From Alphaproteobacteria bacterium (GTDB lineage: Bacteria; Pseudomonadota; Alphaproteobacteria; MPNO01; UBA830), in assembly GCA_965243135.1 (NCBI GenBank), contig OZ251539.1, forward strand, positions 2,080,001 through 2,144,000: a DNA stretch of 64,000 nt, read 5' to 3'. The stretch's first letter is position 1. Every line of letters begins with the position of its first letter. Both the position numbers and the translations under genes were made by a program. Below are positions 48,231-58,450 of this stretch, in pieces. Under the pieces are notes generated by a model. It was given only the letters and a program-made list of their open reading frames with translations, made no database searches and was not told where the DNA came from.

Positions 48231-50162
48231 TCAGGTGAGGAAGAGACTGATCTCGGGAACGACGATCAACAGGACGGTGACCGCCAACATGACCGCCGCG
48301 AACGGAGCCGCGCCGAGAAAGATCTGGTTGAGCGTGATCCGGTCGTCGTTGAGCGTCGACTTGACCACGTAGCACGTGATGCCGAGGGGCGGCGTCAACA
48401 GCCCGATCTCGACCGCGATCACGGTCACGATGCCGAACCAGATGGGATCCCCTCCGAACTGAGCCAGCACCGGAAGCGCCAGCGGCAGAATGATCAGCAT
48501 GATCGAGATCGAGTCGAGGATCATGCCGAGGAGGATCAGCACGACGACGTAGAGCGCGACGAACCCGGCGAAACCGAGGCCGATCGCCCCGATGAACTCC
48601 GCCATCTGCTGCGGCAGCCCGGAAAGCGCCAGCATTCGGGCGTAGATGTTGGCGGCCAGTATGAGAAACAGGATCGAGACCGAGATGTGGCCTGTCTCGA
48701 TCACGACGTCCCGCAACGCTTTCCAGTCGAGGCGCCGCTTCGCCAGTCCGATGACCAGCGCGCCGGCCGCGCCGGCCGCGCCGGCTTCCGTCGGCGTGAA
48801 AATGCCGCCGTAGATGCCGCCGATGACGAGCGCGACGAGCAGAACGATCGGAAACAGTTTGAGAAACGCCGACAGGACCGATTCGTCGTCGGCGGCGGCG
48901 TCCCGTCCCGCGGCCGCGTCCCCGACCCATCCCGGGCGCCATCTGGCCATGCCGAGTATCAGCAGCGCGAAGGCGCCGGAAAGCAGCAACCCGGGAACGA
49001 CCGCCGCGATGAACAGGATGCCGACGGACTGCTCCGCCAGAAACCCGTAGACGATCAGAAGCAGGCTCGGCGGGATGAGCATCCCGAGAACGGACGATCC
49101 GGCGACGACGCCGACCGAAAACCGCGGGGTGTAGCCGTGGGACAGCATCTCCGGGGTGGCGACCCGGGTGAAGACGGCGGCCGACGCGATCGACGAACCG
49201 GTGATGGCGGCGAACACGGCGTTGGCCGCGACGGTCGCTATTCCCAGGCCGCCTTTCACGCGCCGCAGCGCCCAGCGGGCGACCTGGAACGTCTCCTTGC
49301 CGACGTTCGACGCGCTGACCAGCAATCCCATAAGAACGAAGAGCGGCACCACCCCGAAGAAATAGTTTCTCAGATATTCCGACGCGGCGAGCGCCAGCGT
49401 CCGCTCGGCGATCAGGGTATCGCCCTTGATCGCCCAGATCCCCGCGAACCCGAGAACGATCAGCGCGAGGCCGATGGGCATCCCCGCATAGATCAGGATC
49501 AGCATGCACAGGACGGACAGGGCCCCGATCTCGGCATTCGCCAGATCGCCGGTCGCGATCAGATAGGCTGCGGCGACGAAGGCCGCGAGCATCGCGAGCC
49601 AGCCCCACCCGGCACCGGCGGTTCCGCGGTTCCCGGCGCTCCGGGCGGCGTCGCGGACGCACCGGATCGCGAACTCGACCGTGGTCGCAGCGGCGCCGGC
49701 GACGATCAACAGCTTGAACGGCCAGATGATGAACGAGAAGTCGCCGGGCACTCCCGCGACCTCGTTTTCCGTCCATGCCTCCACGAACCCGGGCCATACG
49801 CCGGCGGTGATCAGGCCGAAGACGACGGCGCCGACCAGGTTGAAGACGGTCCCGAACGCGTGCCCTGCGAACGGATGGCGCGCCTCGAGCCAGTCGATGA
49901 ACAGCTCGGCGCGAGTGAAGCGGCCCGCCTGCAGGGTGTTGGCGAGCTGCAGATAGACCGTGCCGACGATCGAGTAGCCCACGATCTCCGACACGCCCCG
50001 GATCGGCGCGGAAAACAGGTTCCTCGCCACGATGTCGGCGCAGATGAGGAAAGTCAGGCCGGCGACCCAGAAGGTGCCGGCTCCGTTCATGGCGCGGGTG
50101 AGACCCGCAAACAGCGAAACGGGGCGCCGAAGCGCCCCGCCGCGGACGTCCGGAGAAGCCAC
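48231..50162 (-). CDS. TRAP transporter fused DctQ-DctM permease
   Basis: N-terminal 4-TM DctQ part followed by VPLFVLMG, GMLIPPS, TPPLG. Confidence 0.9.
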   Translation of the reverse strand: MASPDVRGGALRRPVSLFAGLTRAMNGAGTFWVAGLTFLICADIVARNLFSAPIRGVSEIVGYSIVGTVYLQLANTLQAGRFTRAELFIDWLEARHPFAGHAFGTVFNLVGAVVFGLITAGVWPGFVEAWTENEVAGVPGDFSFIIWPFKLLIVAGAAATTVEFAIRCVRDAARSAGNRGTAGAGWGWLAMLAAFVAAAYLIATGDLANAEIGALSVLCMLILIYAGMPIGLALIVLGFAGIWAIKGDTLIAERTLALAASEYLRNYFFGVVPLFVLMGLLVSASNVGKETFQVARWALRRVKGGLGIATVAANAVFAAITGSSIASAAVFTRVATPEMLSHGYTPRFSVGVVAGSSVLGMLIPPSLLLIVYGFLAEQSVGILFIAAVVPGLLLSGAFALLILGMARWRPGWVGDAAAGRDAAADDESVLSAFLKLFPIVLLVALVIGGIYGGIFTPTEAGAAGAAGALVIGLAKRRLDWKALRDVVIETGHISVSILFLILAANIYARMLALSGLPQQMAEFIGAIGLGFAGFVALYVVVLILLGMILDSISIMLIILPLALPVLAQFGGDPIWFGIVTVIAVEIGLLTPPLGITCYVVKSTLNDDRITLNQIFLGAAPFAAVMLAVTVLLIVVPEISLFLT

Positions 50163-50177
50163 GCTTCTCTTGCGGGC

Positions 50178-51245
50178 TTACAGCTCCTTGTCCCAATCGC
50201 GCGCGGGCTTTCCGCCCCGGGCCCGAACGCCGTCCATGAACGCCCTGAGCGTCTCGCCCGCAGGCACGCCCTTCGCCTCGTTGGCCTTCACCCATTCGCC
50301 GGCCACGTTCGGCATGCTTTGCGCCCACTTGCGGCGTTCCGCCGCCGGCAACGTCGAGACGACCGCGCCCTGCCCGGCCATCATCCCGAGAAACTTCTCC
50401 GCGTTCTTGGCGACGATGCCGCTCTGGACCTTCGCGTACTCCTTGCCCAGCTTCGTGAAGATGTCCTGCATGTAAGGCGGCAGCGAGTTCCAGGTGTCCT
50501 TGTTGATGGTCAGCGCGCCGGAAATCGGGCCGCCCATGTCGACGACGGTCACGTACTTTCCGACCTCATGGAGCTTGAACGGCAGCATTCCGGTCGTGAT
50601 GACGATTCCGCCATCGGCGACGCCGGTCTTTATGCCGTTGTAGTAGACCGGCAGCCCGCCGTTGATGCCGACCGCGCCCGTCCCCTTCAGCCAGTTGGCG
50701 ACGGCGCCGGGGGTGTAGAGCTTCTTTCCCTTGAGATCGGCCATCGACTTCAGCGGAAACTTGCTCACCACGTTATAGGTGTCGGCGACCTGAACGCCCA
50801 GATACACTTGGTTGTACTTGTCCCAGGCCGCGTTCAGCGCGGGAACCTTCGCGTGAAGTTCCTCGCCGACCTCGACCAGCGCCTCGACGTCGCCGGTCGC
50901 GAAGGGGGCGTAGAAGGTGACGTTCATCAGCGGCATCTTCACCGGTTCCCAAAGCGTGCCGACCCACCCGATGTCGGCAAGCCCGTTCTCGATCCCCTCG
51001 AGGGTGTTCTTGAAGTTGTACAGGGCTCCCGCGTAGGCCTCCGTCCACTGGATGCTGTCGCCCTTCCCCATGGCTGCGACGCGCTTCGCCGATTCCGGCA
51101 CCACGAGCGTCTTGATCGTCGCGACCCAGGGAACGATCGGAGGATGGCTGGATCCCGCGGTCAGCTTGTACACCTTCGCCGTCGCGGGCGTCAGCCCCGC
51201 GGCCACCACGGTCGCCGCGATCGCGACGCCTACGGAAATTTTCAT
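50178..51245 (-). CDS. TRAP transporter substrate-binding protein (DctP family)
   Basis: Signal peptide MKISVGV..., DLKGKKL, YNGIKTGVADG. Confidence 0.9.
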   Translation of the reverse strand: MKISVGVAIAATVVAAGLTPATAKVYKLTAGSSHPPIVPWVATIKTLVVPESAKRVAAMGKGDSIQWTEAYAGALYNFKNTLEGIENGLADIGWVGTLWEPVKMPLMNVTFYAPFATGDVEALVEVGEELHAKVPALNAAWDKYNQVYLGVQVADTYNVVSKFPLKSMADLKGKKLYTPGAVANWLKGTGAVGINGGLPVYYNGIKTGVADGGIVITTGMLPFKLHEVGKYVTVVDMGGPISGALTINKDTWNSLPPYMQDIFTKLGKEYAKVQSGIVAKNAEKFLGMMAGQGAVVSTLPAAERRKWAQSMPNVAGEWVKANEAKGVPAGETLRAFMDGVRARGGKPARDWDKEL

Positions 51246-51354
51246 GGAATCGTCTCCTTCCTGTAAGATCGTTCGAACGCTTGTACAGAAATGCCGCGCC
51301 GCGATCATCGTTTTTGCGAGCGCAACGCCAACCACCTGACGGGACCCGAACGAC

Positions 51355-52704
51355 ATGGGAAGAATACTAATCAAGGGCGGCGCAGTTGTCACGATGGACA
51401 GCGAGATCGGCGATTTCGACAAGGCCGACGTCCTCGTCGACGGCGAAGCGATCCGGAAGATCGGAAAGAGGATTCGCGCGTCCGACGCCAAGGTGATCGA
51501 CGCTTCCGGCAAGATCGTCATGCCCGGACTGGTGAACGCTCACCTTCATACCTGGCAGACGGGGATACGCGGCATCGCCGGCAACTGGTCGATCCCGGAA
51601 TACTTGCACCGGATGCACGCCGCGATCGCGCCGCGTTACACCGCGCAGGACACCTATCTCGGCAACCTCGTCGGCGCGCTCAACCAGATTTCCGCGGGCG
51701 CGACGACGATCTTCGACTGGTGCCACAACAACGCGACCCCGGCTCACACGGACGCGGCGATCGCGGGCCTTCGAGAAGCGGGCATCCGCGCCGTCTTCGG
51801 CCACGGCTCTCCCAAGCCCGACGCGGCCGAGGGCGCGGCGCCCTTCACCCACGTGCCGCACCCGCGCTCGGAACTGGAGCGGCTGCGGAAGACCGAGTTC
51901 GTCGGCGACGACGGCCTGATAACGCTCGCCATGGCGGCTCTGGGCGTCGACTTTTCCGTCTGGGAGGTCGTCGAGCACGACTTCCGCCTTGCCGAAGAGC
52001 TCGATCTCATGATCAGCGCCCATGTCTGGGGCGCCCCGAACCGCCTCAATCCGGACGGATACGCCAAGCTGTCCGCGCTCGGACTGCTCACGGCCCGCCA
52101 CAACATGGTGCACGGAAACTACCTTTCGGACGACGAACTGAAGCTGGTGGTCGATTCCGGCGCCTCGGTCACCGTCACGCCCGAAGTGGAGCTGCAGATG
52201 GGCCACGGAACGCCGCTGACGGGCCGGCTGCGGGCGCTGGGCGCGCGGCCGTCGCTCGGCGTCGACGTCGAATCCAACATATCCGGCGACATGTTCACGG
52301 TGATGCGCATGGCGCTGCAGCCGCAGCGCCAGCTCGACAACCGGGAGGCCGCGGCGCGAACCGGCGCCCCGGTCGCGACGCTATCCGTCTCTCCCCGCGA
52401 GGCGCTGGAATGGGCGACCATCGATTCGGCGAGGGCGCTCGGGCTGGACCGGAAGACCGGCTCGCTGACGCCCGGAAAGCAGGCCGACATCGTCATGCTG
52501 AACGCGCGGGACCTGAACCTGTTTCCCGTGCACGACCCGATCCAGTCCATCGTTTTCCAAGCCAACGGCGGCAACGTCGACACCGTCATGGTCGCGGGCC
52601 GGATCCGGAAGCGGAACCGGAGGCTGACCTATCGCAAACTGGACGAAAAGATGGACCAGTTGGCGCGGTCCGGGCGACGAATTCTCAGAAGCGTCGCCGC
52701 CTGA
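51355..52704 (+). CDS. Amidohydrolase_1 (MTA/SAH-deaminase / AtzA-like)
   Basis: PGLVNAHLH, SAH, MVHG, PEVE, LGVD, GKQAD. Confidence 0.9.
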   Translation: MGRILIKGGAVVTMDSEIGDFDKADVLVDGEAIRKIGKRIRASDAKVIDASGKIVMPGLVNAHLHTWQTGIRGIAGNWSIPEYLHRMHAAIAPRYTAQDTYLGNLVGALNQISAGATTIFDWCHNNATPAHTDAAIAGLREAGIRAVFGHGSPKPDAAEGAAPFTHVPHPRSELERLRKTEFVGDDGLITLAMAALGVDFSVWEVVEHDFRLAEELDLMISAHVWGAPNRLNPDGYAKLSALGLLTARHNMVHGNYLSDDELKLVVDSGASVTVTPEVELQMGHGTPLTGRLRALGARPSLGVDVESNISGDMFTVMRMALQPQRQLDNREAAARTGAPVATLSVSPREALEWATIDSARALGLDRKTGSLTPGKQADIVMLNARDLNLFPVHDPIQSIVFQANGGNVDTVMVAGRIRKRNRRLTYRKLDEKMDQLARSGRRILRSVAA

Positions 52705-52787
52705 GCGTCCGTTCCTTCGTCGGCGGAAAGCAGACGGCGCGCGGCGGCGGATGGACAGCGAACCCCGGTTCCGTCATTTTCCCCGCC

Positions 52788-53873
52788 ATGTCGCCCGCCG
52801 AATACTTCCCCGACGACTATCGAAGCGGCCGTTCGGCCTTCCGCGCCGCGGCCGCGAACGCGGGCGCTCGGCTCGCAACCTACGACGCGCCGTCGACCGG
52901 ACCCGACGGCGGGCCGCTTCACACCGACGTAGCCATCCTCGGGCGCGACGACGCGCCGCGCGTGCTGCTCTGCAACTCCGCGACCCACGGCGTGGAAGGC
53001 TTCTGCGGGTCGGGAGTGTTCACCGGCTGGCTCCGCAACGCTCCGGATATCCCGCAGACCGTCAAGGTAGTGCTGATCCATGCGCTCAACTGCCACGGCT
53101 TCGCATGGCTCCGCCGGACGACCGAAGAAAACGTCGACCTCAACCGCAACTTCGTCGACCATGCGGCCGGACTCCCCCGGAACGCGGAATACGCCGAACT
53201 CCACTCGCACCTCTTGCCGAAGCGCTGGAACGAACGAACGGTCGCCGCCCTCAAGGAGACTCTCGAAAGCTATGCGGCCGAGCACTCGTTCTACAGGCTG
53301 CAATGCGTCCTGACCGGCGGACAATACGATCGCGCCGACGGAATCTTCTTCGGCGGACGGGAGCCTGCGACGGCAAGGGAGCGCTTCCTGAAGATCGTCG
53401 AGGATCATGCGGCCGGGGCAAGGCACGTCCTTTTTCTCGACTGGCATACCGGCCTGGGCCCCTACGGCGCCGCCGAGCTGATCGGCATGACGCGGCCGGG
53501 CAGCCCGCACGGCGACCGGGTCAACGCGTGGTTCCTGAACGGTCTGACCTCGCCGTCGGACGGAAGCTCGTCTTCCGCGCCGGTCACGGGCACGATCGGT
53601 TCCGGGCTGCGTCGGCGGCTGGCGGAATTCGGAACGGAGATCACCAGCCTGACCGTGGAGTTCGGCACGTATCCGCCGCGCGAGGTGCTGATGGCGCTGA
53701 TCGCGGACAACTGGCTTCACGCCAGGGGAGATCCGGAGAGCGCGCTCGGCCGCGAGATCAAGAAGCAGGTTCGCCGCGCGCTCTACCCGGACGAAGACGA
53801 CTGGAAGGAACTCGTCTGGGTGCGGGGTCGCCAGCTCATGCGCCGTTCCGTAGAAGGCCTGTCGGGACTCTGA
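52788..53873 (+). CDS. DUF2817 / M14-like zinc carboxypeptidase-fold protein
   Basis: THGVEG, NVDLNRNF, DWHTG, VEFGT. Confidence 0.85.
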   Translation: MSPAEYFPDDYRSGRSAFRAAAANAGARLATYDAPSTGPDGGPLHTDVAILGRDDAPRVLLCNSATHGVEGFCGSGVFTGWLRNAPDIPQTVKVVLIHALNCHGFAWLRRTTEENVDLNRNFVDHAAGLPRNAEYAELHSHLLPKRWNERTVAALKETLESYAAEHSFYRLQCVLTGGQYDRADGIFFGGREPATARERFLKIVEDHAAGARHVLFLDWHTGLGPYGAAELIGMTRPGSPHGDRVNAWFLNGLTSPSDGSSSSAPVTGTIGSGLRRRLAEFGTEITSLTVEFGTYPPREVLMALIADNWLHARGDPESALGREIKKQVRRALYPDEDDWKELVWVRGRQLMRRSVEGLSGL

Positions 53874-53943
53874 CTCCGACCGGCGGCCTGCCGGAAGGAC
53901 GTCGCACCGGGCAAGACGCTCCGACGGGAAAACGCCCGCCGCG

Positions 53944-54252
53944 TCAGTGGGTCCAGTTCTTCTCGCGCCCGAAGCGAAAGTTGTCGGCGTAGCTCTTGGT
54001 CTGCAGTCTCCGCGGACGGGGTTCGATCACCTGAAAGTCGAGACCCTGCCTTTCGCAATAGGCGATCGCCTCGTCGCGCGTATCGAACCGCATGCGCAGC
54101 TGGTTTCTCGTGTCGCCGCGGCCGGCCCACCCCATCAGCGAGTCGCCAACCTGCCTCGCGCCGGGTTCGAATTCGACGACCCAGTGCCGGGTTCCGGCGC
54201 GGCCGGACTGCATCGCGGTTTTTCGAGGCTGGTATACGCGGACGGACGGCAT
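53944..54252 (-). CDS. ETC complex I subunit (NDUFS4-like)
   Basis: KTAMQSG, LMGW, QLRMRF, KSYADNF. Confidence 0.92.
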   Translation of the reverse strand: MPSVRVYQPRKTAMQSGRAGTRHWVVEFEPGARQVGDSLMGWAGRGDTRNQLRMRFDTRDEAIAYCERQGLDFQVIEPRPRRLQTKSYADNFRFGREKNWTH

Positions 54253-54383
54253 GCTGAACGATCCCGGCTGGCGTGAAGGCAACCGCCATTAAGCGAATGG
54301 CGGCGGCGGCGTCAAGTTGCGAACGCGCGCTTCCGGTGCTATCGACCGGCAGCTGCTGCCGAACGAGCGACGCGGGCCGGAGA

Positions 54384-55532
54384 ATGACGATCTACAAATA
54401 CAATTCGGCCGACAACCACATCGATCAGAGATGGATTCCCGCCCGGCTCTGGCAGGACCGGGTCGGGGAGCGCTTCAGGCGCGACGCGCCCATGGTCGTC
54501 GAGGCCGACGGCGGATGGTTCTGGCAATGGGAGGGGCAGATATTCGGCGGCCGCGACGGCGGCGCCGCCGACAGTCCCGACAACCGGCGCATTCTCGAAG
54601 AGCATTACGGCCAACGCGCGAAGGATTTGCCCGACGGCGCCCTCCCGCCGGCGGATCCCGAGATCATCCTCGATCACATGGACATGGCCGGAATCTGGGC
54701 CTACGTCGGATACGGCTCCGTCCGAAAATGGAAAGTGAGGGACCTCGCCCTGCGGAACGAGATTCACCGGGTGTACAACGACTGGATGATGGAACTGAAC
54801 GCGGCGAATCCGGATCGTCTGCTGATGTTGCCCATCATGCCGGTTTACGACCCGGAAACGGCGCTCTCGGAACTGGAACGCATGAAGGCGCTCGACTGCA
54901 AGGCCGTCGAGTTTCCCGTCGCGGACCTCGCGCGGGAGATCTGGGAGGAGTGCTGGGATCCCTTCTGGTCGTCCTGCGAGGACGGCGGCGTCACGGTGTG
55001 CAGCCACATCGGCGACAGCGCCGGCGCCCCCTACCCGCCCGTCGAACGCGGCGTGCGCATGGCCTATTTCTCCTGCGTGCCCTTCAGCGCGGCGAAACCG
55101 ATCTCGCAGCTGGCCTATTCCGGAACGCTGATGCGCCACCCGAAACTGCACTACAATTACGGCGAGTGCCGCGCCGGATGGGGACCGATGCTGCTTCAGT
55201 GGATGGACCGGCAGGCGATCGAGCGCCCTGCGCTGTTCGCCGATACCGGTCTCAGGGAGATGCCGAGCGCATACGTGAGGCGCCAGGTCACGATCACCTA
55301 CGAGGAGGATTACGTCGCCGGAATGCTGCTGCGTCATCCGGAGTCCGGCATGGCGGACATTCTGATGTGGGGCGCGGATTACCCTCACGGCCAGGGCGTC
55401 TGGCCGGACGCCGATCCGGTGATGGACAGAATGTTCGCGGGCGTCGATCCGCAGGTGAGGCGGCGCGTGGTCTTCGACCGCTGCCTCGAAACGTTTCGAT
55501 TGCAGGGCCCGCCCCGGGCCTCTGCCGCATGA
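54384..55532 (+). CDS. Amidohydrolase_2 family protein
   Basis: SADNH, YNDW, CSHIG, WGADYPH. Confidence 0.88.
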   Translation: MTIYKYNSADNHIDQRWIPARLWQDRVGERFRRDAPMVVEADGGWFWQWEGQIFGGRDGGAADSPDNRRILEEHYGQRAKDLPDGALPPADPEIILDHMDMAGIWAYVGYGSVRKWKVRDLALRNEIHRVYNDWMMELNAANPDRLLMLPIMPVYDPETALSELERMKALDCKAVEFPVADLAREIWEECWDPFWSSCEDGGVTVCSHIGDSAGAPYPPVERGVRMAYFSCVPFSAAKPISQLAYSGTLMRHPKLHYNYGECRAGWGPMLLQWMDRQAIERPALFADTGLREMPSAYVRRQVTITYEEDYVAGMLLRHPESGMADILMWGADYPHGQGVWPDADPVMDRMFAGVDPQVRRRVVFDRCLETFRLQGPPRASAA

Positions 55533-55545
55533 GGAGGAACCGACA

Positions 55546-56046
55546 ATGGCAAAACTCAGGCACATCGCGCTTTCCGTTCCGGATCCCGAAAAGGCCGCCG
55601 ATTTCTATTGTGAAGCGTTCGACATGGTGCGGGTGGGCAAGACGGATTCGCCCCTCGCCCGGGGCTGCTACGTCTCCGACGGCGTCATCACCGTCGCGCT
55701 TCTCGACTACAAGTCGGACGAATGGGCCGGCTACGTCGAAGGCGAGGACGAGCGCGGCAAGGACTGGCAGGGCTTGCACCACATCGGCTTCTGGGTCGAC
55801 GACCTCGCGGAGGCGGAAAGGAAGATCGAAAAGGCGGGCGGCAAGTATTTCATGGGCCGTCCCGAGGAGGACTCCCCCAGCACGTTCTACGAGATGAAGT
55901 TTCGCGATCCCCACGGGGTGATCGTCGATTGCACGCATCTCGGCTGGGGCGGCTCGGTCAAGGACGTCGTGCCGGCCGACGAGAGCGAACGCGAGAAGTT
56001 CGACAACCGTTTCGGCGCGAAGCTGGCCGCGCAGGCGGCCGAATAG
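55546..56046 (+). CDS. VOC/glyoxalase family protein
   Basis: LRHIAL, GLHHIGFWVDD, FYEMKFRDP; good SD (GGAGG). Confidence 0.9.
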   Translation: MAKLRHIALSVPDPEKAADFYCEAFDMVRVGKTDSPLARGCYVSDGVITVALLDYKSDEWAGYVEGEDERGKDWQGLHHIGFWVDDLAEAERKIEKAGGKYFMGRPEEDSPSTFYEMKFRDPHGVIVDCTHLGWGGSVKDVVPADESEREKFDNRFGAKLAAQAAE

Positions 56047-56359
56047 CGTTCGCCGGTTCCGGCCTTTTCCGCTCGAACGTTCCGCCCGGCGAGCCGGACG
56101 CCCTTCCGGGCTTTCCGGCCGGCCGCCCGGAAGGCGCGGGTCTCCCTCGTCGCGCGCCGCCCTCGGGAAAAAGCGCCGCAAACCGGACGGAAGTCGTTCG
56201 AGCGAACGGTTTCCGAACCTGTCGCGCTCCCGCCCTGCGTTTCCGGCGGCGAGATTCGCGGTCGCTTGACGCCGGGGCCGTTGCCGACCGCACGGCGCGC
56301 CGACCGAGAAGCAGGAAGGCCTCGACGCCGCCGGACGGCGCATCGGGAGCGCCGGGCCT

Positions 56360-58318
56360 TCACCACACGAGGCGTCCGCGGTCGAACGCCCTCCAGGCGG
56401 CGATGGCGTCGAAGGCGAGGCAACGCTCGAGCTCTTCGGCATCGCCGAGCGCGGGATCCCCGATCCGGGTTCCGGCCTCGAAGATGCGGAAGAAGTCCTT
56501 CACTGCCCGCCTCCGTTCGTACCAGGCAAGGATGCGCGAAGCGTTTTCCGGCGTCGCGTCGCCCTCCGTGCACAGCAGCGTCAAGGACGACGCGCGGCCG
56601 TTCCTGGGCGGCGACCGTTCGGTTGCGCGGACCGCCGTCGTTTCAAGCGTTTCGCCGCTTGCGCCGGGCGCGCGCAAAGCGATTTTCGCGACGCGCAACT
56701 CGATGCGAGCTGCGCGCTTCCCGCGCGCATGTCGTCCGCCGGGCGCCGCGCATGGAGCGATCCCCTCCATGCATTCCCGCAAACCGAGCGCGGAATCGCC
56801 ATTCGCGACTCTGTGTCCGTGATGGTTCCGGCCAACGCGAATGAGAAGCCCCGCTTCCTCGGGCGCCGCGGCCTGCGCCTCGAACAGGCCGTAGATGTCA
56901 GCCACGGGATCGCAGACGCTTATGACGCGGCGCCCGCGGCAGGCCCGCCCCAGCTCTTTCGCCGCAGCCAGCCCCGCCAACCAGCGGTTGCCTTCTTTTT
57001 CCTCGGGCATTTCTGACGACGCGCCGGCCGGCTCGCGCGCGCCGACCTCCAGCGCCAGCACCCCAAGCGGACGACCGCCCTCGGTCAACGCCAGCGACGC
57101 GCGCACTCCCCGTCCGCCGAAGGCATTGTCCCTGCGCGAGACATGGCTGAGCATGACGGCGCCATGGGCGACCAGGATCGTGCGCTCCTGTCGACAGCGT
57201 TCCGTCAACGCTTCACGATGAGGCTCCAGAACGTCGTCCATCGTCACCTGTTCGTTCGACAGAAACCGGTACGCAGCCTTCTGGTCGGCGCGCTGCGGAC
57301 AAATCGCGCCAACCGGCGCCCCTGGACTCTTCTCCCATTGCCGCCCCATGCAGACCAGCCGGGCGCGCAGCCGTCCGTCCGGGATGCTGGAGCGAGCGTA
57401 TTCCGTCGCCGCCCAATCCTCCGTTTCCGAGAGCGGCGGCGCGGTTCCGAGTTCGCGGCGCGTTGGCGCGCGCAAGACCTGCCGCCAGTCCGCGCAAAGC
57501 GGTTTCATCCAGACCGACCGGCCCCGGACCGTCCTCTCCTCGCACCGCTCCCAGCCAGTGGCCGCGTAGCAGGTCCCCGCCTGCCCGGCATCCACGTAAG
57601 TGTAGGCGAGCACCGGACGGATCCCGTAGGCCGATTGCCAGTCGTCCGCAAGGCGGGACAACGCAAGGCCAATCCCCCGCGAGGCGAGAGACGGCACGCG
57701 AACGCCGGGCAGGATCAGAAGACGCGCGTTGTTCACGACCCGCCCGAGATGCGCCGCCAGCTCGCGCTGCGTCCAGCCGATGTAGCTGTCCCGCGCCCGC
57801 TGATGCCAGCCTGCGGCGCAGAAGCTTAGGCCGCCCAAGCGACCGCGACGCGACGAAACGATCCAATACAGAAGCCGCGCCCCGGGTTGGCGCCTCTCGC
57901 CTTGGGGGTGGTGCGACGCCATCATCGAGCGCCACAACGTCACGTCCTTCGGCGCAACCGGTTCCGCTCTTACGTCTCCGAGTTCCTTCAACCCGCAGGA
58001 CAACGCGACATCGGGATACGCCTCAAGAGGGCGGGCGTTCGGCCGCCGTAACGGCGGCGGCAAGAGCAGCCCCAGCCTGTCGGCCAGCCTCGGCAACACC
58101 TTCCGCGCGGACGCCAGACATAGTTCGCCCGCAGAATTGCGCCAGTCCTCGATCTCGCAGAGCCCGCGCGCCAACGACGCCCGGCTGTGCTTTCCCGAAG
58201 CGGCCGCTTCCCGCAGCCATGCAATCGAGCCCGGCGAAAACTGATGTAGGCCGACCTGCATGGCCCGTTCAATAAAGCGAATCGGCTCCCGAAGTAAATC
58301 ACGGCCGACGAGAGGCAT
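56360..58318 (-). mobile_element. DUF4338 (DruA-like)-IS4/IS50 transposase fusion with degenerate DDE site
   Basis: N-half: RDSYIGW, VVNNARLLILP, LAS, DWQSAYG.RP, GTCYAA.GW. C-half: WA..EY..DGRL, KAAYRFLSN, EPH, E..RW, VCD..ADIY; start may be ATG 58261. Confidence 0.8.
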
Positions 58319-58323
58319 TCGCG

Positions 58324-58416
58324 CCGCGCCGCTTGCGGGGCCGAAGCCGGGGGAAGGCCGGGCAACTTCTGCCCCCGGACCTCCGGAGCGCGGCGAGCGG
58401 CAGCCGCGAAAGGGCT
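58324..58416. repeat. ~90-bp imperfect direct repeat, copy 1
   Basis: CCGCGCCGCTTGC...GCCGAAGCCGGGGGA...CCCCGGA.CTCCG...CGCGGC...GCCGCGA shared with 58981-59067. Confidence 0.8.
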
Positions 58417-58450
58417 GGCCGGCGAATCCCGGCGTCGAGGCGGGGCGCCG

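Noticed and set aside
47026-51266. Very long ORFs of 1100 aa (-) and 1169 aa (+)
   Set aside because: Arg/Gly/Pro-rich shadow frames of the real SDR and TRAP genes in high-GC DNA.
51291-53873. 860-aa ORF
   Set aside because: Only 52788-53873 (DUF2817) is protein-like; the rest overlaps the amidohydrolase out of frame.
58340-58385. GGGAA...CTGCCCCCG resemblance to a cobalamin riboswitch
   Set aside because: Other conserved elements (GCAACTGT, B12 box) are missing, it is on the strand opposite the neighbouring genes, and it is not conserved in the second copy.
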